From Kiritimatiellia bacterium (GTDB lineage: Bacteria; Verrucomicrobiota; Kiritimatiellia; UBA8416; JABMPJ01), in contig JAOZSS010000003.1 in NCBI GenBank assembly GCA_029939545.1, positions 1 through 57,232 on the forward strand: a DNA stretch of 57,232 bases, read 5' to 3'. Positions 46,209 to 54,102 of the stretch are shown here, piece after piece (the stretch's first letter is position 1; the number at the start of each line of letters is the position of its first letter). The notes under the pieces were generated by a model. It did no database searches and was not told the origin of the DNA. It was given only the letters and a program-made list of their open reading frames with translations. A program made the position numbers and the translations under genes.

Positions 46209-49165
46209 CCTGCCGCCCCCCGGAGAAGCTGTTCGGCAACCGCGATCATGCGTTCTTTACCCACGAGGGGCAGAAGAGCTTTGTACAGCTCTGCTTTGAG
46301 TTGGCGAAGCTCAGCAGCATTGTCGCGATGGTGGGCAAATCTGTCGAAGATCGCGCGGAGGATGAGTGCGGTTCTCTCCGGTTGGGACACTTCTGCCATT
46401 CTCAGTGTCCAGAAGAAGGAGAACGATGTCTCATCGAATCCCATCTCTTTTTGGAGTTGCTGAGCTTCAACGACTTCCTGAATCAACGCTTCGATCTTCT
46501 TTAGCGCCACCCCAGTTGTCTCTTGTCTGTCGTCATAGGCTTCCATAATCGCTTCCGCACGGTCGCCAATCGGCTTCAGGTAAGGCTTATGGTCCCCATC
46601 TTCAAGGACCGTCTTTCTGACACTGTTCACCAGGTTGATGACCCTCGTCTTGTCCGATCCGCTGCTCTCCTTGATGGCATCCAGAGTTGTCTCGTCGATC
46701 CTGACCGCAGAAAGCGTGGTATCGAGACCGTAGCTTTCGGCTTTTTCACGAACAAGCATTTCAGTCTTCGTCGCCACCTCGCCGTACATGACTGTCTTCC
46801 TGCGGAAGGCGTTGCGGACGATCTGGCAGAGGAGCGAGAGGCACCCGAAATCGTCTACGAAGTCCCTTAAGTATGGGGAAGGGGAGAGGATCTCATAGAG
46901 CATTTCAAGATGCTTGTAGAGCGAATAGAACGTCTCACGTTTGTCTGGGTCAGACAGAGCGCCTATTGCCCTTTCAACAGCTTTGTCATCAACGGGTCCT
47001 TCGCAGAGATCCGTGTATTCTTGCGCGGGTCCCGTCATGAGCTGTCTGAATTCAGAAAAGAGCAGATCCAGATCCTCGATAACGTCACTCACCACCTCTG
47101 AATCAAATGCGAGCGCCTTCTCCAGCTTCTCGAAGATGCCGACGAAGTCGACGACGAGACCGCAGGGCTTCCGGCTCTCCGCATCCCGCTCATATGGGCG
47201 GTTCACGCGTGCTATCGCCTGCAGGAGCACATGGTCACGCATGGGTTTGTCGAGATACATGCAGTACAGGACGGGTGCATCGAATCCGGTCAGAAGTTTG
47301 TCTGTTACGATGAAGATCTTTGGCTGTGTCCCCGGCTTTTGGAATAGCTTCCGGGCTTTCTTCTCTTCGTCAGCGCTGATCTGGTGGTGATGCACAAGCG
47401 GATATTTCTCGCTGTCGTGCTGTGCCGACGTGTAGATCGGCGTGGCGTACTCGGGAGGCAGGAGCTTGTCCAGTGCCTCCTTGTACAGCGCACATGCTTC
47501 ACGATCAACGGCCACAAGGAACGCCTTGTAGCCAAGTGGCTCCACGTTCTTCGTGTAGTGCTCTGCGACGAAGGCCGCGACCTTCTCGACACGATCGTCG
47601 GTCTTGAGGAACGTCTTGAGGCGCATCGCGTGGTCGAGAATCTTGTTGAGCTCATCAACATCGCTCACGCCTTCAGCTTCCGCGAGGGCCAGGAACTCCT
47701 CTTCAAGCTGTTCGCGCGGAACTCGAATCTCGCTCGGAGCCAACGTGTACTTCAATGGCACTGTTGTGCCGTCTGCTATCGATTCCGCGATTGAGTATTT
47801 ATCGAGATAGCCTTGTTCATCTTCTTTGCCGAATGTCTTGAACGTACCTTTGCCATAAGCCGTCTGGTCAATGGGGGTGCCGGTGAAACCGATGAGGGTT
47901 GCATTCGACAGTGCGCCCAGAAGGTAGTTGCCCAGATCGCCGCCTGTGGTGCGGTGTGCTTCATCGACAAGCACAAAGATATTCTCGCGCGTGTTGATGT
48001 CCTTGGGAATGCCGTCGAACTTGTGGATCATGGAGACGATCAGTCCGCGGAAGTCTGAGCTGAGCAGGGAGCGCAGCTTTCGTTTGCTGGTCGCGTGCTC
48101 GATGCTGATCGCATGCGAAGATAGCTCCCCAAGGATGCGCTCCACCCACCCGGCAAGCTGCCCCTCCAACTCGTTGCGGTCGATCATCAGGATGACAGTG
48201 GGTTTGCCTTCTCCTTTTTCGTCAGACTTGTCGGACAGGTCTGACGTGTCCGACAGGGCAAAGCTGGAGCCTTGAGTCAGCAGCAGTCGGGCGGCGGTAA
48301 TCATCGTGAACGTTTTGCCCGAGCCTTGCGTGTGCCAGACTAGACCTCGCGCCTTTCCTGTGTCAGCACAGCGTTGCAAAATACGTTCAACGGCCCGCGT
48401 TTGGTGTTGCCGGAGAACAGTCTTCTGAAGCTCATCTTCCTTGTAGAAGAATAGGATCCAATCCTTAAGCATGGTCAGGAAGCGTTCGCGGTTGAAGAAA
48501 GCTTTCACCTTCTCCTCGTAGTTTCCCGGTTCTTCGGTATTCCAGTTGAACAGGTTCTTTCGGTCCAGGTTCCAGGTCGCGCCGTAGTAGAAGTCGATCA
48601 GGTGTGTGATGTCAAAGACCTGGGGGACTGTAAGCATCTCGGGGGTCTCGTGGTGATACTCCCGGATCTGGATCAGCCCTTCCTCGATGCCCTTTGCCTT
48701 GGCTGCGTTCTTCGTCTCGACGATGGCAACAGGTATGCCATTGATCAGGAACATCACATCCGCGCGATTCGTCTCCTGCCCATTCGTGTACAGCCACTCA
48801 TCCGTGACATGGAAGGTGTTGCGCCCATGCGGAGAGAAATCGATGACCGTTACATTCCTCTCCCGCTTTTCGTCCGGGTCGTAAACGCTTTGCTCGCCGC
48901 GCAGCCAGCCCAGAATCTCCGCATTTCCCTCGATCGTGTTGCGAACCGTCTCGATTCGCCGGACCACTTCCCTGGCGCTGTCCGCTGTGAGCAGTCCGAG
49001 GTTCAGCTCAAGCAACTTCTCCTCAAGAACCCGGCCAAAGAGCATCCCCCCTTCGCCCTTCCGGAGCACGACGGCTTCCGAAGAGGATATGTAAGTCCAG
49101 CCTGCGTTGATTGCATAGTCGATCAGTGGGGCTTGGACGGCGGTATTCTCGTTCGGTTTGGTCAT
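46205..49165 (-). CDS. hsdR: type I restriction enzyme R subunit
   Basis: 986 aa. N-terminal nuclease-like domain, HTQGSGKT (motif I), VLVDEAHRT (DEAH), helicase C domain, C-terminal HsdR tail. Confidence 0.95.
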   Translation of the reverse strand: MTKPNENTAVQAPLIDYAINAGWTYISSSEAVVLRKGEGGMLFGRVLEEKLLELNLGLLTADSAREVVRRIETVRNTIEGNAEILGWLRGEQSVYDPDEKRERNVTVIDFSPHGRNTFHVTDEWLYTNGQETNRADVMFLINGIPVAIVETKNAAKAKGIEEGLIQIREYHHETPEMLTVPQVFDITHLIDFYYGATWNLDRKNLFNWNTEEPGNYEEKVKAFFNRERFLTMLKDWILFFYKEDELQKTVLRQHQTRAVERILQRCADTGKARGLVWHTQGSGKTFTMITAARLLLTQGSSFALSDTSDLSDKSDEKGEGKPTVILMIDRNELEGQLAGWVERILGELSSHAISIEHATSKRKLRSLLSSDFRGLIVSMIHKFDGIPKDINTRENIFVLVDEAHRTTGGDLGNYLLGALSNATLIGFTGTPIDQTAYGKGTFKTFGKEDEQGYLDKYSIAESIADGTTVPLKYTLAPSEIRVPREQLEEEFLALAEAEGVSDVDELNKILDHAMRLKTFLKTDDRVEKVAAFVAEHYTKNVEPLGYKAFLVAVDREACALYKEALDKLLPPEYATPIYTSAQHDSEKYPLVHHHQISADEEKKARKLFQKPGTQPKIFIVTDKLLTGFDAPVLYCMYLDKPMRDHVLLQAIARVNRPYERDAESRKPCGLVVDFVGIFEKLEKALAFDSEVVSDVIEDLDLLFSEFRQLMTGPAQEYTDLCEGPVDDKAVERAIGALSDPDKRETFYSLYKHLEMLYEILSPSPYLRDFVDDFGCLSLLCQIVRNAFRRKTVMYGEVATKTEMLVREKAESYGLDTTLSAVRIDETTLDAIKESSGSDKTRVINLVNSVRKTVLEDGDHKPYLKPIGDRAEAIMEAYDDRQETTGVALKKIEALIQEVVEAQQLQKEMGFDETSFSFFWTLRMAEVSQPERTALILRAIFDRFAHHRDNAAELRQLKAELYKALLPLVGKERMIAVAEQLLRGAAG
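48221..48254. repeat. palindromic 9-mer tandem element, copy b
   Basis: GTCAGACTT GTCGGACAG GTCTGACGT GTCCGAC. Encodes LSDTSDLSDKSDEKGEGK inside HsdR. Confidence 0.9.
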
Positions 49166-49983
49166 TGCTGCCGTCTCCGCTGGGTGCGAGTGCGGTAGAG
49201 GCGCTCGGTGAAGCCTCCTTCTTCCACAAAGTCACGTTCCAGTTTCGTGATCTGGCGTTTCAGCAGGTAGATGGCTTGGTTCGTCAGGCAGATGAGGGTG
49301 TTGGCGGCCACCTCCAGCGTGGCATCCGCAATACCGTAGGGGTCGAGTTTCTCCCTCTCGTCGGACTTGTCGGACTTGTCCGACACGTCCGACAGAGCAA
49401 ACCACTCCCGCGGGAAACTCCGGTATCGTTTGCGCACGGCCAAGGCTTCTGGATCGTTCTTTTTCCACTGGCGCAGGCGGCGGTGTCGCAGGATGTCTTC
49501 ATAGTCGAGCAGAAGTTCCTCAAGACTGGCCTTGGCCACGTTGGTGAGTTTGAGCTCGGTCTTCTTGGAGGTGGCAGAGGCCATGCTGCCTTCTGCAATG
49601 TTCTGTCGTCCGCTACGTGCCGCCTGGACCATCTGGTCGTGCGTGCGTGAGCGCCTGTTCACAAATCGGTCACAGAAGATCACCGTGCCGTCATAGACAA
49701 TCTCAGAAACCTGGAACCCTTTCAGGTTGCGGTAGCCGCCGTGTGTGGGGATGAGGCCGGGGCTTTTCTCTCTCTTCTTTCCCTTCCCGTCGGACCTGGC
49801 GGACAAGTCCGACCCGTCCGACAAGAGAGTGCATGCTCCCCGTACATCCTCAACAATTCGGTTCAGCAGTTCGCGAACCGCATCCGGTTGCGCTGGTACA
49901 CCGGCGGGGCATGTGTCTTTCGAGAGCTTCGCGATCCAGTCGAGCTTCTGGAGCGCTTCGGAGATTAGTTTGTTCGTGCTCAT
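49162..49983 (-). CDS. four-helix-bundle protein (23S rRNA IVS / TIGR02436-like with suffix domain) with N-terminal extension
   Basis: QMVQAARSGRQNIAEGS...LTNVAKASLEELLLDYEDIL. 4-nt overlaps with hsdS and hsdR. Carries two SD-repeat elements. Confidence 0.7.
   Translation of the reverse strand: MSTNKLISEALQKLDWIAKLSKDTCPAGVPAQPDAVRELLNRIVEDVRGACTLLSDGSDLSARSDGKGKKREKSPGLIPTHGGYRNLKGFQVSEIVYDGTVIFCDRFVNRRSRTHDQMVQAARSGRQNIAEGSMASATSKKTELKLTNVAKASLEELLLDYEDILRHRRLRQWKKNDPEALAVRKRYRSFPREWFALSDVSDKSDKSDEREKLDPYGIADATLEVAANTLICLTNQAIYLLKRQITKLERDFVEEGGFTERLYRTRTQRRRQQ
49360..49393. repeat. palindromic 9-mer tandem element, copy c
   Basis: GTCGGACTT GTCGGACTT GTCCGACAC GTCCGAC. Encodes LSDVSDKSDKSDEREK in the four-helix-bundle protein. 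Confidence 0.9.
49789..49822. repeat. palindromic 9-mer tandem element, copy d
   Basis: GTCGGACCT GGCGGACAA GTCCGACCC GTCCGAC. Encodes LSDGSDLSARSDGKGKKREK in the four-helix-bundle protein. Confidence 0.9.
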
Positions 49984-51254
49984 GCCCGCCCCTCCATAGT
50001 CCCCACATCAACAGCCAGATTCTCAGCGCGGATGTCGCCGGTCATTAGTCTGTTGAGTGTTGTCTTGAAGAGGGCTTGAAGGGCGGCTTTCTTGGATTCG
50101 TGATGTTCCAATGTGGCTGCGATGGCTGCGAGATGTTCAGTAATCCTATCTTGTTCTGTTAGGCTGGGCAGAGGAATGAGGATACTGTTAATGGTTTTCG
50201 TATTAATGTTGAACTTTCCATCAGATGCGGGGGTTGCGCGTCCCGAGAGCTGGGCTCTGCCCTGCTCTGCCTCAGTGTAAAGCTGCAGAAAGCCTGGGCG
50301 CATTTGATCCTGATTGAGCCGGGCGCGGATCAGATAGGAGGCAAACATCGCGTGCGTGGGCGAATCTCGATAGACGGCGGTGCGACCCACATAACGTTTC
50401 TGTCCATTTGTTCGGACAAACAAGACGTCGCCGCCTCTCAGTTCAAATCGATCATGTTCGACTGCTGAAACGTCTGCGTACTTGATCTCAGTCGTATCGA
50501 TCTTTCCTCCGATGACATTGGGTATCCGAAGCACGGCCACACCTTTCGGCGTGAGTGTGCATCGTCTAGATGTTCCGTACTGCAAGAACTCGCGCACCTC
50601 TGACACGGGCACCACATCCCAACTCTCCGGAATCTCCCCAATCTCGGTCATCTTGGTCTTCTCGCCGCGGAGGCCGTGGGTGAAGAGGTGTTGCATGGTG
50701 GATTTTTTGAGGGCGCGGAGGGATTGGATGATCTTGTCCTGTGTCTCAATTGCCTGCTGGATTCTCAGTAAGACGGCAGCGATCTTCTTCTGCTCGGGGA
50801 GGGGGGGAAGGGAGATCGCTTGCTTGAATATGTCCTTGTCTCTGACTGCCGGGTAACTGGCGCCGTGCTGGGCATCTGCGATTGACGCGCTCACTGTGTC
50901 TGATAGCAGGGAAAAGTACAGGTATTCCGGGACAGCCTTCTCTCTGTTCGCCCTGACAACACAGAACGCCGTTGAAACGATATGATTGTCATACTCTGGA
51001 GGCACCAATGCAATACGTTTGAGCGTGGGGCGTATCGTCGCGTAGATGACATCATGTGCATGCACGATCTTGCGTGCTCTACCCGGGGCTGTTTCTCCTG
51101 CGATAGCTTGAGGCGACACGATGGAATATGTGTCGTTCGAGACTGAGGAGACGTCAATGTAGAAGAACCCGTCACGATGTTCTTTTCTCGGTTTCCATTG
51201 TGCTGTCTTCAGGCAGACATCTTGCAGCGCTGTATCTTTCCACCCCGCCTTCAT
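49980..51254 (-). CDS. hsdS: type I restriction enzyme S (specificity) subunit
   Basis: 424 aa. Two TRD halves, each followed by a conserved helix (LPPLPEQKKIAAVL; LPSLTEQDRITEHL). Confidence 0.9.
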   Translation of the reverse strand: MKAGWKDTALQDVCLKTAQWKPRKEHRDGFFYIDVSSVSNDTYSIVSPQAIAGETAPGRARKIVHAHDVIYATIRPTLKRIALVPPEYDNHIVSTAFCVVRANREKAVPEYLYFSLLSDTVSASIADAQHGASYPAVRDKDIFKQAISLPPLPEQKKIAAVLLRIQQAIETQDKIIQSLRALKKSTMQHLFTHGLRGEKTKMTEIGEIPESWDVVPVSEVREFLQYGTSRRCTLTPKGVAVLRIPNVIGGKIDTTEIKYADVSAVEHDRFELRGGDVLFVRTNGQKRYVGRTAVYRDSPTHAMFASYLIRARLNQDQMRPGFLQLYTEAEQGRAQLSGRATPASDGKFNINTKTINSILIPLPSLTEQDRITEHLAAIAATLEHHESKKAALQALFKTTLNRLMTGDIRAENLAVDVGTMEGRA

Positions 51255-53161
51255 TCAACACCTCCCGCGTTGGACTTGTCGGACGGGTCTGGCTTGTCCG
51301 ACATCTCCCCGCCAAACCCCATCTGCGCAAAGATCTTCTTCAGATCCCCGTCAATCTTCTTGGCCTGTGTCTCCAGGCCATCTTTTCCCCACAGCTCTTC
51401 GAGCACCTCCGGTATGGGGCGGTACTCCTCCTGCTCACTGGTGTCGACGTAGCGGGAGGGGGATAGGTTGTAGTCGTTCTCGGCCGCTTTGTCGTTGGTG
51501 ATGACTTGGGTAAAGCACTCGACGGGCTTTCCCTTGATGAAGGCCTGGGCGATTCTCTTGATGCTGTCTTCGGGGATGTAGTTTTTCGGGCGGCCTTTCT
51601 TGAATTCCTGGCTGGCGTTGACGAGGACGATTTGGCCTTGCCGCTGCGGCAGCTTGTTCCTGTTGAGCAGGACGATGATGCCGGCAGCCGTCGTGTTGTA
51701 GAAGAGGTTGTCGGGCAAAAGAATGACGCCTTCGACCAGGTCGTGATCGACAAACCACTTGCGGATGGTCTTCTCCTTGTCTTCGTTGCGACTCCCACTC
51801 CCGCGCGTTACGGCACCGGTGTCGAGGACGACGGCTGCCCGACCCGTGTTCGTGAGTGTGGTCAGCGTGTGCTGGAGCCATGCCCAGTCGGCCTTGCTGG
51901 ACGTGATGCCGCCGTGCTCGTCAAAACGGCCAAAGTCGTCCTTGTCGTAGATGGATGCATCAAATGGCTGGTTCCACATGGGGTTGGCCACGACAATATC
52001 AAAGGTCCGGAGTTTGCCGTCAGGCGTACGGAATTTCGGGTTGGTCATTGAGTTCCCGCGGACAATTTCGCCCTCCATGTCGTGGATGACCATGTTCATG
52101 CGCCCGATTGCGTAGCTGGCGCCGGTCAGCTCCTGCCCATAGAGCTTGAGTGGTTTGCTGACTTTCAGCTCGCGTTCCATCAGTGCGAGTTCGCACTTGA
52201 TCAGGAGTCCCGCCGATCCGCAGGCGTAGTCGTGTACCTCTTCGCCCTGGGCGGGGCGAACCATGTAAGCCATCAGCCAGCCGACTTCTGTCGGGGTGAA
52301 GAACTCCCCGGCGCTCTGGCCCTGACCTTCGGCAAACTTGCGGAGCAGATACTCGTAGCAGCGGCCGAGGAAGTCGGGTTCGACGTCATACAGGCCAAGG
52401 CGATAGCGGGGGGCGGATAGAGCTTCGATGATACCGGCCAGGGCGGAATCGCTGATCTCCCTCTCGCCATTACGGGTCTCGTTGAAGTCGACAATATCTA
52501 TAACGCCGCTGAGATCCTTTCTGCGGTCACCGGCGTTTGCTTTCACGATGGTGCGCATAGTGGTCGTGAGCTGCTCGCCCAGAGACTTTGGCTTCTGCCC
52601 GTTGGACCAGTCGAAAGCCTCGCGTCCGCTGACAATCGCCCAACGTGCCTGCGGGGGAATATAGAAGCGGACCAATCCCGGATCCGCTTCTATAATAGAG
52701 AGAGCCGTCTCGTGGTCGCCGTAGGTTTCGGAAAGCCGTTCTATTTCGTCATCGAAGACGTCGGAGAGGCGTTTAATGAAGACAAGAGGGAGAATGTAGT
52801 CCTTGAACTTCGGGGCATCCTTCTCGCCTCGGATGGAGCAGGCGGCCGACCAGAGCATCTGTTCCATGGACTTGGTAGTAAGCAGGTCGCGACGCGATGC
52901 ACGCTTGCGGCTTCTGCTGGTTGAGGGTGATCCGCCGGACGTGTTGTCGGACAGGTCTGACATGTCCGACTCTGTCAACTCCACCTCAGAAAGCAACTCG
53001 GCGATGGCCTTCTTTGCCTTACCACGCGGCGTGCTCCGTTGGTTCTCCCAGCGGTTTAGCGTCGAAAAGGCGACCCCCAGTCTCGCGGCCAACTCTTCCT
53101 GGCTCATATCAAGCTTGGCCCTTAATAGCTTGAGAATCTCTGGGATTTCTCTATCATCCAT
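51251..53161 (-). CDS. hsdM: type I restriction enzyme M subunit (N6-adenine methyltransferase) with N-terminal XRE-type HTH
   Basis: LRAKLDMSQEELAARLGVAFSTLNRWENQRSTP (HTH). HsdM N-domain. Motif I DYACGSAGLL. Motif IV VVANPMWN. Confidence 0.9.
   Translation of the reverse strand: MDDREIPEILKLLRAKLDMSQEELAARLGVAFSTLNRWENQRSTPRGKAKKAIAELLSEVELTESDMSDLSDNTSGGSPSTSRSRKRASRRDLLTTKSMEQMLWSAACSIRGEKDAPKFKDYILPLVFIKRLSDVFDDEIERLSETYGDHETALSIIEADPGLVRFYIPPQARWAIVSGREAFDWSNGQKPKSLGEQLTTTMRTIVKANAGDRRKDLSGVIDIVDFNETRNGEREISDSALAGIIEALSAPRYRLGLYDVEPDFLGRCYEYLLRKFAEGQGQSAGEFFTPTEVGWLMAYMVRPAQGEEVHDYACGSAGLLIKCELALMERELKVSKPLKLYGQELTGASYAIGRMNMVIHDMEGEIVRGNSMTNPKFRTPDGKLRTFDIVVANPMWNQPFDASIYDKDDFGRFDEHGGITSSKADWAWLQHTLTTLTNTGRAAVVLDTGAVTRGSGSRNEDKEKTIRKWFVDHDLVEGVILLPDNLFYNTTAAGIIVLLNRNKLPQRQGQIVLVNASQEFKKGRPKNYIPEDSIKRIAQAFIKGKPVECFTQVITNDKAAENDYNLSPSRYVDTSEQEEYRPIPEVLEELWGKDGLETQAKKIDGDLKKIFAQMGFGGEMSDKPDPSDKSNAGGVE
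51269..51302. repeat. palindromic 9-mer tandem element, copy e
   Basis: GTTGGACTT GTCGGACGG GTCTGGCTT GTCCGAC. Encodes MSDKPDPSDKSNAGGVE at the extreme C-terminus of HsdM. Confidence 0.85.
52946..52970. repeat. palindromic 9-mer tandem element, copy f (3 units)
   Basis: GTCGGACAG GTCTGACAT GTCCGAC. Encodes ESDMSDLSDNTSGG in the linker between the HTH and the methyltransferase body of HsdM. Confidence 0.85.
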
Positions 53162-53182
53162 AGTGTAGTCCTCTGTTTGACG

Positions 53183-53216
53183 AGCTATATAATGCTATAG
53201 CGTTTATAGCGATATC
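53183..53216. promoter_or_regulatory. AT-rich palindrome/direct-repeat cluster upstream of hsdM; candidate operator and promoter
   Basis: AGCTATATAATGCTATAGCGTTTATAGCGATATC contains the palindrome GCTATAGC and TATAGCG twice. It lies 22-55 nt upstream of the hsdM ATG and is the only strongly AT-rich patch nearby. Confidence 0.35.
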
Positions 53217-53284
53217 AAGGGGTTTCTTGGGGCAATTGGGTGATACGATTTGACAGGCTTGGTCATTTCCATCAGAAAGACGGC

Positions 53285-54040
53285 ATGATGCGTGAGATTG
53301 TTGAGAAGATCGGGCTGATCATTGTTGGGGATGAGATTCTCAACGGTCGGCGTCAGGATAAGCATTTCCGCTGTACGCTGGAGCTGTGCCGGGAGTGGAA
53401 TGCCCGGCTGGCCTTTACACTGGTGCTGCCCGACGATATGGACGTCATGGTGACGCATTTCAAGTGGGCCATGGCACAGCCCCATCCTTTCTTCTCCTGT
53501 GGTGGGATCGGGTCGACCCCCGACGACGTGACGCGTCAGGCTGCGGCGGCGGCCGCCGGGGTGGGGCTTGAGCAGCATGCCGAGGCGGTTCGGATTCTGA
53601 AGGAGCGCTTTGGCGATGAGGCGACGGAGCCGCGCCTGCGGATGGTGACGTTTCCCGTCGGTTGCGCGCTGGTGCCCAATCCGGTCAACCAGGTGCCCGG
53701 CTTCGGCATTGCCAACGGCTATTTTCTCCCCGGCTTTCCCTCCATGGCGGCACCGATGATGCGGTGGATACTGGAGACCTACTATGAACCCGGCGCGGAG
53801 CAGGTGCGCTTCACGATGGCACTGCCCAACGCGCGTGAAGCGGACCTGACCGATCTGATGGAAACGTTCGTGGCCGACTACTCGGACCTTACGTTTTCGA
53901 GTCTGCCCCAACACACGGATGCCGGTCCGCGCGTGATCCTGAGCATCAGCGGGCTTCCCGAGATCGCCGAGGGTGCCTATACCGATCTCAAACGGCGGCT
54001 GAGCAAGGTCGCAGTGACGTTCGAAGAGAACGCATCATGA
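53285..54040 (+). CDS. CinA-N-terminal-like / molybdopterin-binding (MoCF_biosynth) domain protein
   Basis: IGLIIVGDEILNGRRQDKH ... FSCGGIGSTPDDVT. Start moved to MMREIVEKIG. Confidence 0.7.
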   Translation: MMREIVEKIGLIIVGDEILNGRRQDKHFRCTLELCREWNARLAFTLVLPDDMDVMVTHFKWAMAQPHPFFSCGGIGSTPDDVTRQAAAAAAGVGLEQHAEAVRILKERFGDEATEPRLRMVTFPVGCALVPNPVNQVPGFGIANGYFLPGFPSMAAPMMRWILETYYEPGAEQVRFTMALPNAREADLTDLMETFVADYSDLTFSSLPQHTDAGPRVILSISGLPEIAEGAYTDLKRRLSKVAVTFEENAS

Positions 54041-54102
54041 GGTCGATCTCGAGCTTCTCCTCTTGTTCCCCCGCGACCTCGTGTCGCGGGAAATGGAGAT
54101 CT

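Noticed and set aside
46141-52970. CRISPR array as an explanation for the recurring GTCGGAC-type repeats
   Set aside because: Units are 9 nt and directly abutting, with no spacers. Copies are kilobases apart, inside intact ORFs, and no cas genes are present.
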